A stretch of 62,737 nt of DNA, the filler included. It is 9 parts of 9 records of this genome, joined end to end, with 100 filler letters (N's around TTAATTAATTAA, not from the genome) between each part and the next. Parts side by side here need not be neighbours in the genome. Positions count along the whole stretch, not along the records: positions 34,859 to 41,006 come from SRR20825010_398; positions 41,107 to 44,972 come from SRR20825010_413; positions 45,073 to 59,243 come from SRR20825010_418; 6 more parts are not named here. One strand, given 5' to 3'. Shown one piece after another: positions 39,402-49,499 of the stretch. Both the position numbers and the translations under genes were made by a program. Position 1 is the first letter of the stretch. Each line of letters starts with the position of its first letter. The notes beneath the pieces were generated by a model, which was given only the letters and a program-made list of their open reading frames with translations, was not told where the DNA came from and did no database searches.

Positions 39402-40808
39402 ATGTCGGCAGACGCTTTTATCCATGCGGATGAAATCCGTTCAATGTTTTCCAGTGCGATGTCGGACATGTACCGCGCAGAGGTGCCGCAATATGGCACC
39501 TTGATGGAACTGGTATCGGACATAAACGAGCAGAAGCTTGCCGATGATGCCGCTTTGCATGACGGGTTGGTGCGCAATGACGAGTTGGACCGTATTGATC
39601 TGGAACGCCACGGTGCAATCCGTTTGGGCAAACCGGAAGAACTGTTCACGATGCGCCGTCTGTTTGCCGTCATGGGCATGCATCCGGTCGGGTATTATGA
39701 TCTTTCGGTCGCTGGGGTGCCGGTCCATTCAACCGCATTTCGCCCGATTGATGATGCCGCCCTGCGCCGCAATCCGTTTCGTGTCTTTACCTCGCTTTTG
39801 CGGTTGGAACTGATCGAAGATGAAGACCTTCGGACCAGGGCCGAACAGATTTTGGCAAAGCGCGATATCTTTACCGCCGATGCCATCAAGCTGATCTATC
39901 TGGCAGAAAAGAATGGCGGCCTTACGCGCGTTCAGGCCGAACAGTTTGTGACCGAGGCACTTGAAACTTTCCGTTGGCACAGTGACGCGACAGTATCGCT
40001 GCAAACCTATCAAACACTTTGCGATGCGCATCGTTTGATTGCAGATGTGGTCTGCTTCAAAGGACCACATATCAATCATTTAACGCCGCGCACGCTAGAT
40101 ATTGATGCGGTTCAGCGTGCAATGCCTGAACGTGGCATTGCGCCCAAGGCAATTATCGAAGGTCCACCTGCACGTAACTGTCCGATCTTGCTGCGTCAGA
40201 CCAGTTTCAAGGCACTTGAAGAACAGGTTTATTTTGTTGGAGACAGCCCCAAAGGGACGGCTGGCACACATACCGCCCGCTTTGGCGAGATTGAGCAACG
40301 CGGGATCGCCTTAACCGCCGAAGGGCGCAAGCTTTATGACACGCTTTTGTCCGCGACCCGTCAGGCGGTGCAGATCCATGCCGGTGGATCGAACGCGCGT
40401 GATTATGAAACCGAATTGGCTGAACGCTTTGTGGCATTTCCCGATGACTATGAAACCCTTCGCGTCGAAAAACTGGCATTTTTCCTCTATAGCGCGACCG
40501 AAGCCGGGTTAAATGCAGCTAGCACTGAAAACGTTGGTACTTCGGTGAATGATCTGATTGATCGGGGATATCTGCGCGCAGACCCGATCATTTACGAAGA
40601 CTTCCTGCCGGTCAGTGCTGCGGGGATTTTCCAGTCAAATCTTGATGGTGACGCGCAGAAAAACTATCAGGAACATTCAAATCAGGATGTGTTTGAGCAG
40701 TGTTTGGGGGCTTCGGTGCGAGATGAGCTCACCCTGTATGCGGAACGTGAAACCGCATCGCTGAAACAGGCACTTGATGATTTGGGGATCAAGAAAAACG
40801 TCGCCTGA
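39402..40808 (+). CDS. hglS: 2-oxoadipate dioxygenase/decarboxylase (hydroxyglutarate synthase, YdcJ/DUF1338)
   Basis: GGAGG RBS; AMSDMYRAEVPQYGTL, ERHGAIR, PVHSTAFRP, GPHINHLTPRTLDID, HTARFGEIEQRG, YEDFLPVSAAGIFQSNL. Confidence 0.92.
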   Translation: MSADAFIHADEIRSMFSSAMSDMYRAEVPQYGTLMELVSDINEQKLADDAALHDGLVRNDELDRIDLERHGAIRLGKPEELFTMRRLFAVMGMHPVGYYDLSVAGVPVHSTAFRPIDDAALRRNPFRVFTSLLRLELIEDEDLRTRAEQILAKRDIFTADAIKLIYLAEKNGGLTRVQAEQFVTEALETFRWHSDATVSLQTYQTLCDAHRLIADVVCFKGPHINHLTPRTLDIDAVQRAMPERGIAPKAIIEGPPARNCPILLRQTSFKALEEQVYFVGDSPKGTAGTHTARFGEIEQRGIALTAEGRKLYDTLLSATRQAVQIHAGGSNARDYETELAERFVAFPDDYETLRVEKLAFFLYSATEAGLNAASTENVGTSVNDLIDRGYLRADPIIYEDFLPVSAAGIFQSNLDGDAQKNYQEHSNQDVFEQCLGASVRDELTLYAERETASLKQALDDLGIKKNVA

Positions 40809-41006
40809 TCTGAGGGTTGGCATCATTTTGACGGGGCGGTATTTGGGGTGATCCAATGGCGGCCCCGTTTTTGGTGTGGGTTGGGACCCTAGATGACCGG
40901 ATTGCTAAAACCCGCCATGCAAGAATTCGGGGTCCACTTTTTGCGCTGCACATGGTAAAGCTCCGCGCGAAACAACCATGGTTCGGACTCATTGATCATG
41001 TGTCGG

Positions 41007-41106
41007 NNNNNNNNNNNNNNNNNNNNNNNNNNNNNNNNNNNNNNNNNNNNTTAATTAATTAANNNNNNNNNNNNNNNNNNNNNNNNNNNNNNNNNNNNNN
41101 NNNNNN
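41007..41106. other. Artificial contig spacer
   Basis: N44-TTAATTAATTAA-N44. Confidence 0.99.
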
Positions 41107-41383
41107 GACGCTCAAGATCTGCGTCGGCTATGATCTGGACGGCACGCGGTTGGATTACCTGCCGTTTGCATCCGAACAACAGGCGCGCTGTGTCCCGATC
41201 TATGAGGAAATGGACGGCTGGGCTGAGTCGACAGAAGGCGCGCGGAGCTGGGCAGACCTGCCGGCCGCGGCGATCAAATACGTCCGCCGGGTCGAGGAAC
41301 TGATCGGTTGTCCGGTGGCGCTGTTGTCGACCTCACCGGAACGCGACGACACGATTCTGGTCACTGACCCGTTCGAGGACTAA
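41107..41383 (+). CDS. purA: Adenylosuccinate synthetase, C-terminal fragment
   Basis: LKICVGY...PIYEEMDGW...[34 protein letters not shown]. Confidence 0.95.
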
Positions 41384-41438
41384 ATCCGCAGGCAGTGGCG
41401 GGGCGATCCCCCGCCGCGCCGCCAAGAGGAGCAAGAAG

Positions 41439-41666
41439 ATGGCACTCAGCTACAAGGCGCGCAAGCGGTGGTCCCTGTTTGTGCTGCTGGTGGGTTTCCC
41501 GCTGTATATCATACTCGCCTGGGGCATCCTGAGCCGGTTGAACCTGTGGCAACTGCCGCTGGTGGTGGAATTCTTGATCTACGTATTCTTTGGCGTTGCG
41601 TGGATTTTTCCGCTCAAGCCGATCTTCAAAGGCGTCGGCCAACCGGACCCGGACGCCAAGGACTGA
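41439..41666 (+). CDS. DUF2842 family small membrane protein
   Basis: MALSYKARKRWSL, two TM helices, W.FPLKPIFKGVGQPDPD. Confidence 0.85.
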   Translation: MALSYKARKRWSLFVLLVGFPLYIILAWGILSRLNLWQLPLVVEFLIYVFFGVAWIFPLKPIFKGVGQPDPDAKD

Positions 41667-41687
41667 TCCCAGTCCCTTAGGGGCATG

Positions 41688-41725
41688 AAAAAGCCCCCCG
41701 CGACATCGGTCGCGGGGGGCTTTTT
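41688..41725. terminator. Bidirectional intrinsic terminator
   Basis: AAAAAGCCCCCCGCGAC-ATCG-GTCGCGGGGGGCTTTTT, a perfect 17-bp stem between convergent genes. Confidence 0.92.
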
Positions 41726-41742
41726 GTTGGGCTGTGACAGGT

Positions 41743-44076
41743 TCAGCCGGTGGCGGCGGGCTTGAAACTGATGGTTTCGGCGGCGGTGAAACGCCCGCCG
41801 GATGTCTTGCGGATCTTGCCCTCACGCAACAACTGGCCAAAGCTGCGCAGACGGTCCTCGCGCGAGCTGTCAGAGACTTCGGCCTGCCGCAGGGTGGTCA
41901 TCAACTGCGGGCGTGAGAATTGATCGCGGCCCTCGACGTAGGACATATAGGCGGCGGCAGCCTCCAGCAGTTCCGGCAGGCCCTTGACCCCAATATCCTC
42001 GGCAAAGGCTGCAAAGCCTGACTCTTCGTTCACGGTTTGCGGAACCGGTTCGGTGCGGCGGACGCGACGCGGACGGACCGGAGCGGAATCCGCTGCCGGG
42101 TTGCCGTCGTCGGTGCCCGCGACCCGCTGTTCGGCCACCAGTTTCAACGGTGTCGGTGCCTGAGGCTCGGGACGTTCGGTGGGGCGGGACACGCTTTGCG
42201 GGCGGCGCGGACGCACCACGTTGGCCAGATCCTCGCGGTAGGGTTCCTGTTCCTCCGCGGCGTCGGCTTTTCGGCCCAGAAGGCGGTCGGCCTTAGTCGC
42301 GGCGACAGCGGCGCGCAGATGCGCAATGGCGCTGCGGCGGCGGTTGCCTTCGGGTTCGTCCATCTCGCTGTCAGTCTGGTCCATCAGGCGCGAGGTGTCG
42401 CCGTCCTCGACCTCATGTTCGGTCAGCAGGGCGCGGGCCGGGCTGGCCAGTTTGACGGCCTTGCGGGCGCTGTTTTGCATGTCGCTGTCCGGGTCCGCAT
42501 CGACGGCAGATTCCGGCGCGGCGATGGGATTGTCCAGCCGCAGGGGGGCTGCATGGCCGGACACAGCGGTGTCGTCGTCGTCGTCCTCGCCCAGATCGGC
42601 ATCGGTCATGCCCGGCATGGTCGACGCAAAGGTGGGGTCCGGCGCGATATCGTCGTCGTCGTCCCATGCTCCGAAATCGCTGGCAAGTTCGGCCTTCACA
42701 GCGGCGAGTTCGCGGGCGAGTTCCTCTTCTTCATCGGGCGACAGGCTGCTGATGTCCGACTTGGCCACCGGCGGCGGTGCCACCTGTTCAAGTTCGATTT
42801 CTGGCGCGACTTCTGGTGCGTCTTCGGGCACCTCTTCCAGCATGCCGTCGTCGATGGCCTGCTCAAAGGCGGCGCGCTTGACCTTGACCACACGGGCGCG
42901 CAATTGCGTGTCTGGTGTGGCAGGCGCTGGCGGCTCTGCGGTTGCTGTCTCATCGGTAGACCGGGGCGTCAGCGGCCCTTCGGCAGCCCATGTGCGGCCA
43001 AGGGCGGCCGCGACAGCCTCAATCGTGTCATCATTATCGGTGTCGTCGGTGTCGTCGGTGTCCCAGTCGAGGCTGTCAGCCTCGGCGGTCGCCGGTTCAG
43101 GCGCGTCATCGTAGCTGTCGGCCTTGTCCGTGTCATTGCTGGCAATAAGGCTGGCGACGGCGGCGTCCAGAACACTGTCGTTGTCGTCGATATCCTCGAC
43201 TTCGTCGAGCTCGTCGTAGTCGTCCTCGTGGCTGTCTGCCAGGTCAAGATCATCGGTCAGGTCGGCGGCCTCGGCATTGCCGCTTTCGACCACCAGTTCG
43301 TCCAGCAGCGATTCGAGCGCGTCGTCATGTGCTGTTTCGTCGGGGGTTTCTTCGGTTAGGGACACCTCGTCCGGTGTCTCTTTGACCAATTCCTCTTCGA
43401 TCAAAGCCTCTTCGACGGGTGCGTCGTCTTCCGGCACCTCCGCGACAAACGTCTCGGCGACGGGTGTTTCGACGACCAGCGCCTCTTCGACAAGCGTGTC
43501 CTCAATCGGCGCGGCCACATCCGGCGCGTCGTCTTCGGCGGCTGTGTCGGTGTCCGTGTCGGCGATTTGCGCGACAACCGCGCGGATGCGGTCCAGCTTG
43601 GCGGCAATTCCGTCCGGAGCGGAAGCAGGCGGAGCAGGCGCCACCTCCGGTCCGTCGGGCACCAGGTCGTCCAGCACGGCCTCATGGTCGAGGTCGCGGG
43701 CGTCCGGTGCCAAAGTCTCTGTCAGAACGGCGGTGGCCTCGATGGTGTCATCATCGGGCAAATGATCGGCTGCGCGGGCCGCGGGCGTGCTCATCGCGGC
43801 GGCCATGGCCCCGGCAGAGGCCGCGGCGGCCATCACACGCGGCGGGCTGCCCAGCGACAGCGTGCCGCCAGTGTCGGCCATCCGGTCACGCAAGTATTCG
43901 GTGGCCAGTTCGGGATCGAACTGCGGTGGTTCCGCGCCGAAAAACCGATCCTCGCCCACAACGCCGCGAAAGAAATGCGTCGTCTCCTTGACCACTTCCA
44001 TCGGATCGTCAAACCCTTCGGCGGTACAGGAGAAGGTGCCGTAGGACACGGTCAGGATCTTGCTCGAACTCACCAT
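41743..44076 (-). CDS. Hypothetical 777-aa protein with folded-looking termini and a long acidic low-complexity core
   Basis: N-terminal KILTVSYGTFSCTAEGFDD...FFGAEPP; C-terminal LPELLEAAAAY...FSRPQLM...SREDRLRSFGQLLREGKI; D/E/A/P-rich middle; followed by a terminator. Confidence 0.85.
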   Translation of the reverse strand: MVSSSKILTVSYGTFSCTAEGFDDPMEVVKETTHFFRGVVGEDRFFGAEPPQFDPELATEYLRDRMADTGGTLSLGSPPRVMAAAASAGAMAAAMSTPAARAADHLPDDDTIEATAVLTETLAPDARDLDHEAVLDDLVPDGPEVAPAPPASAPDGIAAKLDRIRAVVAQIADTDTDTAAEDDAPDVAAPIEDTLVEEALVVETPVAETFVAEVPEDDAPVEEALIEEELVKETPDEVSLTEETPDETAHDDALESLLDELVVESGNAEAADLTDDLDLADSHEDDYDELDEVEDIDDNDSVLDAAVASLIASNDTDKADSYDDAPEPATAEADSLDWDTDDTDDTDNDDTIEAVAAALGRTWAAEGPLTPRSTDETATAEPPAPATPDTQLRARVVKVKRAAFEQAIDDGMLEEVPEDAPEVAPEIELEQVAPPPVAKSDISSLSPDEEEELARELAAVKAELASDFGAWDDDDDIAPDPTFASTMPGMTDADLGEDDDDDTAVSGHAAPLRLDNPIAAPESAVDADPDSDMQNSARKAVKLASPARALLTEHEVEDGDTSRLMDQTDSEMDEPEGNRRRSAIAHLRAAVAATKADRLLGRKADAAEEQEPYREDLANVVRPRRPQSVSRPTERPEPQAPTPLKLVAEQRVAGTDDGNPAADSAPVRPRRVRRTEPVPQTVNEESGFAAFAEDIGVKGLPELLEAAAAYMSYVEGRDQFSRPQLMTTLRQAEVSDSSREDRLRSFGQLLREGKIRKTSGGRFTAAETISFKPAATG

Positions 44077-44214
44077 GGTCTGCTCACTTTCATTCGTTCT
44101 GCAACAGTGTGTTTACCACGTCGACCGAGACGAAAGCTGTTCAAATCTGTGCCGTCAACGGTATCATTTCATGACCGGATTGTGATCTGTTTCCCAAACC
44201 GTCATTAATCGGCC

Positions 44215-44901
44215 ATGAAAGTTAAAATTGTTCAAGACGATGCGCCGGTGCTGCTGGTCGGCGGCGGAGAGGTCGACCAACAGGTCCTGGCGGCGGCTTT
44301 GCCCGCGGCGCGGCAGGTGGTGGCAGCCGACGGGGGCGCGGTGCAGCTGTTGTCGCTGGGGCGGATGCCCGACGCGGTCTACGGCGACATGGATTCGCTG
44401 TCGCCAGAGGTGCAGGGCCAACTGGCGCCGGGCGTGCTGCGCGCGATCCCGGAACAAAACAGCACCGATTTCGACAAATGCCTGCGCCATATCGAGGCGC
44501 CTTTGATCCTTGGCTATGGCTTTCTGGGTCACAGGCTGGACCACCAACTGGCCGCGATGACCGTGTTGGTCAGGCGCGCGGACCGGCGTTGTTTGCTGAT
44601 CGGGGCAGAGGACGTGGTGATGGTCTGCCCGCCGCAGTTGTCGCTGGACCTGCCCAACGGCACTCGGTTTTCACTATATCCGATGGCGCCGGTCACGGGC
44701 CGATCGACGGGGCTGCGCTGGCCCATCGACGGGCTGGAGTTCACGCCCGCAGGCACCACCGGCACCTCGAATGAGGTCAACGGTCCGGTGCAGGTGCACA
44801 TGGACGCGCCGGCCATGCTGCTTATCCTGCCGGTGGCGTGCCTGAGTGCATTGCTTGCGGGGCTGGCGGACGCGCCCGGAACATGGCCCGCTCGCGGATG
44901 A
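44215..44901 (+). CDS. thiN: Thiamine pyrophosphokinase
   Basis: VAADGGA, PDAVYGDMDS, EQNSTDFDKCL, GFLG.RLDH, STGLRWP, GTSNE. Confidence 0.9.
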   Translation: MKVKIVQDDAPVLLVGGGEVDQQVLAAALPAARQVVAADGGAVQLLSLGRMPDAVYGDMDSLSPEVQGQLAPGVLRAIPEQNSTDFDKCLRHIEAPLILGYGFLGHRLDHQLAAMTVLVRRADRRCLLIGAEDVVMVCPPQLSLDLPNGTRFSLYPMAPVTGRSTGLRWPIDGLEFTPAGTTGTSNEVNGPVQVHMDAPAMLLILPVACLSALLAGLADAPGTWPARG

Positions 44902-44972
44902 CAATATAAAGACCCGCGCCGATGGTGATGGCGATGCCCACCGTTGCCAGCGGGCCGGGCAGGTCGCCGAAG
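44822..44972 (-). CDS. DMT/EamA family transporter, C-terminal fragment (absent from the ORF track)
   Basis: Manual translation FGDLPGPLATVGIAITIGAGLYIVIRERAMFRARPPAPQAMHSGTPPAG*; typical last EamA helix G..I.IGAGLYI..RE. Confidence 0.75.
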
Positions 44973-45072
44973 NNNNNNNNNNNNNNNNNNNNNNNNNNNN
45001 NNNNNNNNNNNNNNNNTTAATTAATTAANNNNNNNNNNNNNNNNNNNNNNNNNNNNNNNNNNNNNNNNNNNN
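44973..45072. other. Artificial contig spacer
   Basis: N44-TTAATTAATTAA-N44. Confidence 0.99.
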
Positions 45073-45378
45073 ACCACGCATATAGATCATGCCGTTGATC
45101 GAAGAGCAGCCGCCGATCACCTTGCCGCGCGGGTAGTTGAGGGCACGTCCGCCAAGGCCGGGTTCGGCCTCGGTCTTGAACAGCCAGTCCGTGCGCGGGT
45201 TGCCGATGCAGTAGAGATAGCCAACGGGGATGTGGATCCAGTGGTAGTTGTCGTTACCCCCGGCTTCCAGCAGCAGGACCTTGTTCGCCGGATCGGCGGA
45301 CAGCCGATTTGCCAGCACGCAGCCGGCGCTGCCCGCACCGACAATGATGTAGTCGTAGGTCCCGAGGTCCCTGGTCAC
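45073..45378 (-). CDS. GMC family oxidoreductase (choline dehydrogenase-like), N-terminal fragment
   Basis: [49 protein letters not shown]. Confidence 0.93.
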
Positions 45379-45455
45379 GTCATTCCATCCCTGAAGTCGT
45401 TTTTTTAAATTTTTATCGTTGGCCCGGCGGCGGGCAAACGCCGCCGGGATCCTTA

Positions 45456-46670
45456 TTAGTTCGTCATCGCCTGATAGACCAGTGTGCGTAGCTCGCGCCG
45501 CAACGGATAAGAGGAGGACGGCATAAGTTGGGTCATGTGGACGACGCTCAGCTCTTCGGCCGGGTCGATCCAGAATCCGGTCGAGGCAACCCCGCCCCAG
45601 GCCCATTCACCGGCCGTTCCGAGGACCTGTGCTTTTGCCGGGTTGAGGACGACCGAGCCGCCGAGACCGAAGCCGATGCCGTTCATCGGCATTTCACTGA
45701 ACACGGACTGGCCCATGGACGCCATGTCGCCCGGCAGATGGTTCATCAGCATGAGCTCGACGGATTTCCTGCCAAGGATTGGATCGTTGCCCTTGCCGCC
45801 ATGAGTACGGATCATCTCCATGAAACTCATATAGTCTTTCGCCGTGGAGCAAAGCCCGCCGCCGCCGGAGAACATGGTGACCGAATTGGCATAGCGGCTG
45901 TCCTCGATCTCGTCGATCCGGCGAATACCGTTATCTTCGGTTTTGGCATAGCAGGCACTGAACCGGTCCAGTTTGTCGGAGGGCACGGCGAAAAAGGTGT
46001 CTTCCATGCCGAGCGGCTCGAAGATGCGGTCATGCAGGAACTCGGGTAGGGACATGCCGGAGGCGGTCTCCACCACGCGGCCGAGCACGTCCGTCGAGAC
46101 GCCATAGTTCCAGCGTGTGCCGGGCTCAAAGACCAGCGGGATGTCTGCGAGCTTGGCGACAGTCTCGTCCAGCCGGCCATGCTTCTCGGAGAAATCGATC
46201 TTCGCCTTGCGCAGCGCCTTGCCGACCGGTCCCGGATCGAAGATGCCGTAGGTGAGGCCGGATGTGTGGGTCAGTAGATGGTGCAGGGTCGGCTGGGTCT
46301 TGGCGACATGCGTGCTTTCACCATCTTCTTCGAGGACCTTGAGGTTCGCCAGTTCCGGGATGTGCCAGGCCAGGGGATCATCGAGCTGCAGTTTGCCGTC
46401 TTCCAGGAGCTGCATGATCGCCGTGCTGACGATCGGCTTGGTCATGGAATAAATCCGGTGAATGCCGTTAGGTTCAGCCTTCAGACCGTTCTCCACATCA
46501 CGGTGTCCGACGGTTTCGTGAAACACGATCTCCCCCCGCCGGGCAATCAACGTTTCGACGAAGGGGAGCTTGCCGTCATCGACATAGCGCCTCATCCAGT
46601 CGCCGATCCGCTCCAGGCGCTTGCCGCTGAAGCCCAAAGCGGAAGGTTTGGCTGTGCGAAAGTCGGTCAT
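45456..46670 (-). CDS. Serine hydrolase (beta-lactamase-like esterase)
   Basis: SxxK motif [45 protein letters not shown]. Confidence 0.92.
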   Translation of the reverse strand: MTDFRTAKPSALGFSGKRLERIGDWMRRYVDDGKLPFVETLIARRGEIVFHETVGHRDVENGLKAEPNGIHRIYSMTKPIVSTAIMQLLEDGKLQLDDPLAWHIPELANLKVLEEDGESTHVAKTQPTLHHLLTHTSGLTYGIFDPGPVGKALRKAKIDFSEKHGRLDETVAKLADIPLVFEPGTRWNYGVSTDVLGRVVETASGMSLPEFLHDRIFEPLGMEDTFFAVPSDKLDRFSACYAKTEDNGIRRIDEIEDSRYANSVTMFSGGGGLCSTAKDYMSFMEMIRTHGGKGNDPILGRKSVELMLMNHLPGDMASMGQSVFSEMPMNGIGFGLGGSVVLNPAKAQVLGTAGEWAWGGVASTGFWIDPAEELSVVHMTQLMPSSSYPLRRELRTLVYQAMTN

Positions 46671-46801
46671 GTGATGTGTCCGTGTAGAAATTATGGAATG
46701 TGAGGTGGAGATTAGACGCGGGCCAGCGAGGCCGGTCAACCGGGCTCGCATGGCTTACGCTATTCCGATTTCGCACGAAAGTTGCGAGACGCGCGGCGCT
46801 C

Positions 46802-47149
46802 CTAGCCGATATGGGCCGCATTGCTGTCAGTGGGCGCCTCTGCCCGGTCGTTCGGACCGTAATCCCGTAGGATGGACGCCACCTTCAGCCGATAGTTCTG
46901 GAACAGTTTGTCCCGTCCCTTTGCCTGAGCCTTGCGATGAGCAACCAGATTCCGCCAGTCCTCGACCGCTTTCTCGTCTCGGAAATAGGAGAGGGACAGG
47001 AGTTTGTTTTCGTTTGTGAGGCTCTGGAAGCGCTCGACGGAGATGAAGCCGTCCACCTCCTGCACCAGCGCACGCATGCTTGCGGCGACCTCAAGGTAAC
47101 TTCCCTTGTGTTCCGGATACGGTTCAACCTCGAAAATCACGGCTATCAT
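46802..47149 (-). CDS. Antibiotic biosynthesis monooxygenase (ABM) family protein
   Basis: MIAVIFEV, DGFISVERFQSL, WRN...HRKAQ.KGR. Confidence 0.88.
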   Translation of the reverse strand: MIAVIFEVEPYPEHKGSYLEVAASMRALVQEVDGFISVERFQSLTNENKLLSLSYFRDEKAVEDWRNLVAHRKAQAKGRDKLFQNYRLKVASILRDYGPNDRAEAPTDSNAAHIG

Positions 47150-47162
47150 GGCATGTTTCTCC

Positions 47163-47489
47163 CTAGGCATTTCTCTTTGGCGCCGGATTTGACGCATTGA
47201 TCAGAAAAGTCCGGTCCTCGCGCAGCAGGAACTTTTCCTTCTGTGCGAATTCATAATTTTCCCGGCCGAGTGGATCGGCCGAAAGTCGCGCGCGGTAGGC
47301 TTCATAGGCTGCCAGGCTCTCGATATTGTAGACACCATAGGCCAGCGTGCTGGAACCCTCATGTGGGGCGAAATAACCGATCAGATCGGCGCCGCAGCGC
47401 GGAATGGCTTCCCCCCAGTTGCGAGCATATTGATTGAATTGATCTTTCTTGGCCGGGTCGATGTGATAGCGGATAAAGCAGGTAAGCAT
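47163..47489 (-). CDS. NIPSNAP family protein
   Basis: [43 protein letters not shown]. Confidence 0.88.
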   Translation of the reverse strand: MLTCFIRYHIDPAKKDQFNQYARNWGEAIPRCGADLIGYFAPHEGSSTLAYGVYNIESLAAYEAYRARLSADPLGRENYEFAQKEKFLLREDRTFLINASNPAPKRNA

Positions 47490-47537
47490 CTGGTCCTCCA
47501 TGTATGATGGGCGAACAATCTCATCTTGGCGCAGGTT

Positions 47538-47563
47538 CATGCTTCGGTTATGGTCGAAGTATG
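47538..47563. promoter_or_regulatory. Inverted-repeat operator overlapping the ArsR start codon
   Basis: CATGCTTCG-GTTATGGT-CGAAGTATG (8 of 9 bp match) in the divergent NIPSNAP/ArsR promoter. Confidence 0.65.
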
Positions 47564-48244
47564 AAAGAAGGACCTGACATCGCCCTGATCGGTGCTCTGA
47601 TTGGAGACCCGGCCCGGGCCAACATGCTGACCACGCTGATGACCGGCAAAGCCTTGACGGCGAGTGAGCTTGCCGCCGAGGCGGGTATCACTGCGCAGAC
47701 GGCAAGCTCCCATCTCTCCAAGCTGGAAACGGCGGGGCTGCTATCCCAGCGCAAGCAGGGGCGGCACCGCTATTTTGCGCTCGCGGATGACGAGGTCGGA
47801 AATTTGCTGGAAGCGATGATGGGGCTGGCGGCGAAACGCGGACATATGCGGGCCCGGACCGGCCCGCGCGATCCGGCGCTGCGCAAGGCGCGGGTTTGCT
47901 ACAACCATCTGGCCGGGGACTATGGTGTCCGCATGTTCGACAGCATGGTGGCGCGTGATTTTCTGGCGGAAGACGGCGAAGAGATTTTCCTTACGGAAGC
48001 GGGAGAAGGCTTCGTCGGCGAACTTGGTATCGCACTGCCGGATCTGGAAAAATCGCGCCGTCCGTTGTGCCGATCCTGCCTCGACTGGAGCGAGAGGCGC
48101 ACCCATCTGGCGGGTGCGCTCGGCACCGGGCTACTGGACCGGTTCTACGATCTTGGCTGGGCGCACCGGATCGAAGGCTCCCGCGTTGTCTCCTTTACCG
48201 GAGAGGGAGAACGCCGGTTCCGGGAGTGTTTTCCGGAAGCTTAG
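47561..48244 (+). CDS. ArsR/SmtB family transcriptional regulator with Cys-containing C-terminal domain
   Basis: [58 protein letters not shown]. Confidence 0.92.
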   Translation: MKEGPDIALIGALIGDPARANMLTTLMTGKALTASELAAEAGITAQTASSHLSKLETAGLLSQRKQGRHRYFALADDEVGNLLEAMMGLAAKRGHMRARTGPRDPALRKARVCYNHLAGDYGVRMFDSMVARDFLAEDGEEIFLTEAGEGFVGELGIALPDLEKSRRPLCRSCLDWSERRTHLAGALGTGLLDRFYDLGWAHRIEGSRVVSFTGEGERRFRECFPEA

Positions 48245-49491
48245 GTAACAGCCGCCCGTGCATGGAATTCAGGCCGGTCCCAGGCACCGGTTATCAGGAT
48301 GTCACGTAGCTGCTCGACCGCATCCCAGATATCCGTGAACCGGGTATAGAGCGGCGTAAAGCCGAACCTCAGAAGGTCCGGTGCCCGGAAATCGCCGATA
48401 ACGCCACGGGCGATCAGGGCCTGCATCACCGGATAGCCGTTTTCATGCGCGAAGGAGATCTGGCTGCCGCGTTGGGCGGGATCTCGCGGGCTGGCGAGTG
48501 TCAGGCCGAGACCGGCGCAACGCTCTTCGACCAGAGTGATGAAGCTCTCGGTCAGCGCCACTGATATCGCCCGGACGGCATCCATGTCGGCGCGGGCCCA
48601 GATGTCCATCGCCGCATCGAGCGCTGTCATGGCCAGCACCGGCGGCGTGCCACAAAGGAATTTCCCGACCCCGTCCGTTGGCGCGAACCGGTGATCGAAG
48701 GCGAACGGCGCTTTGTGGGCGAACCAGCCGGTGAGGGGCTGGGAGGCCGCTTCCTGATGGCGCGGCGCGACATAGAGGAATGCCGGGGCACCGGGGCCGC
48801 CATTTAGGTATTTGTAGCCGCAACCGACCGCGAAATCCGCCTTGGCCGTCGCGAGATCGACCGGAACAGCACCGGCGGAATGGGCGAGATCCCAAAGCGT
48901 TAGCGCACCTGCGGCGTGGGCGGCGTCTGTCACCGTTTTCATGTCGTGCATGTATCCGGTGCGGTAGTTGACATGGGTCAGCATCAGCACCGCGACATCG
49001 TCTTTAAGAGCGTCCGGCAGCTCGTTCGGATCCTCGATCAGCCGGAGTTCGTGCCGGTCGCCAAGCAATGCAGACAGACCTTCCGCCATATAGAGATCGG
49101 TCGGGAAGTTCGATTTCTCCGAGACGATGACGCAACGCTCCGGCCGAAGTGCCAGCGCGGCGGAGAGGCATTTGAAGAGATTGACCGAGGTCGAATCTGC
49201 CGCGACGACGCTATCCGCCTCGGCGCCAATCAGCGCGCCGATCTTGCTGCCGACGCGCGTGGGAAGATCAATCCATCCCGCATCGTTCCAGCTTCGGATC
49301 AGGCCGTTACCCCATTCGTGCGTCACGCAGGCGGCAACACGTTCCCGCGCGATGCGGGGCAGCGGTCCGAGGGAATTGCCGTCGAGGTAGATCACATCTT
49401 CCGGCAGCTCGAATTCCGCGCGGAACGAGGCGAGGGGATCGGCAGCATCGAAGGCCGCGAACTCTTCCCGTGTCATTTTCGAGTGTGTCAT
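48241..49491 (-). CDS. kynU: Kynureninase
   Basis: [61 protein letters not shown]. Confidence 0.96.
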   Translation of the reverse strand: MTHSKMTREEFAAFDAADPLASFRAEFELPEDVIYLDGNSLGPLPRIARERVAACVTHEWGNGLIRSWNDAGWIDLPTRVGSKIGALIGAEADSVVAADSTSVNLFKCLSAALALRPERCVIVSEKSNFPTDLYMAEGLSALLGDRHELRLIEDPNELPDALKDDVAVLMLTHVNYRTGYMHDMKTVTDAAHAAGALTLWDLAHSAGAVPVDLATAKADFAVGCGYKYLNGGPGAPAFLYVAPRHQEAASQPLTGWFAHKAPFAFDHRFAPTDGVGKFLCGTPPVLAMTALDAAMDIWARADMDAVRAISVALTESFITLVEERCAGLGLTLASPRDPAQRGSQISFAHENGYPVMQALIARGVIGDFRAPDLLRFGFTPLYTRFTDIWDAVEQLRDILITGAWDRPEFHARAAVT

Positions 49492-49499
49492 GGTGCGGC

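Noticed and set aside
44205-44219. CtrA-like site TTAA-N7-TGAA upstream of the acidic protein gene
   Set aside because: A single imperfect match overlapping the thiN start; too weak alone
45456-46670. Beta-lactamase resistance gene
   Set aside because: It has no signal peptide and its motifs fit cytoplasmic esterases of the beta-lactamase fold
1-49491. nadABC plus kynU as parallel NAD biosynthesis routes in one organism
   Set aside because: They are on different contigs
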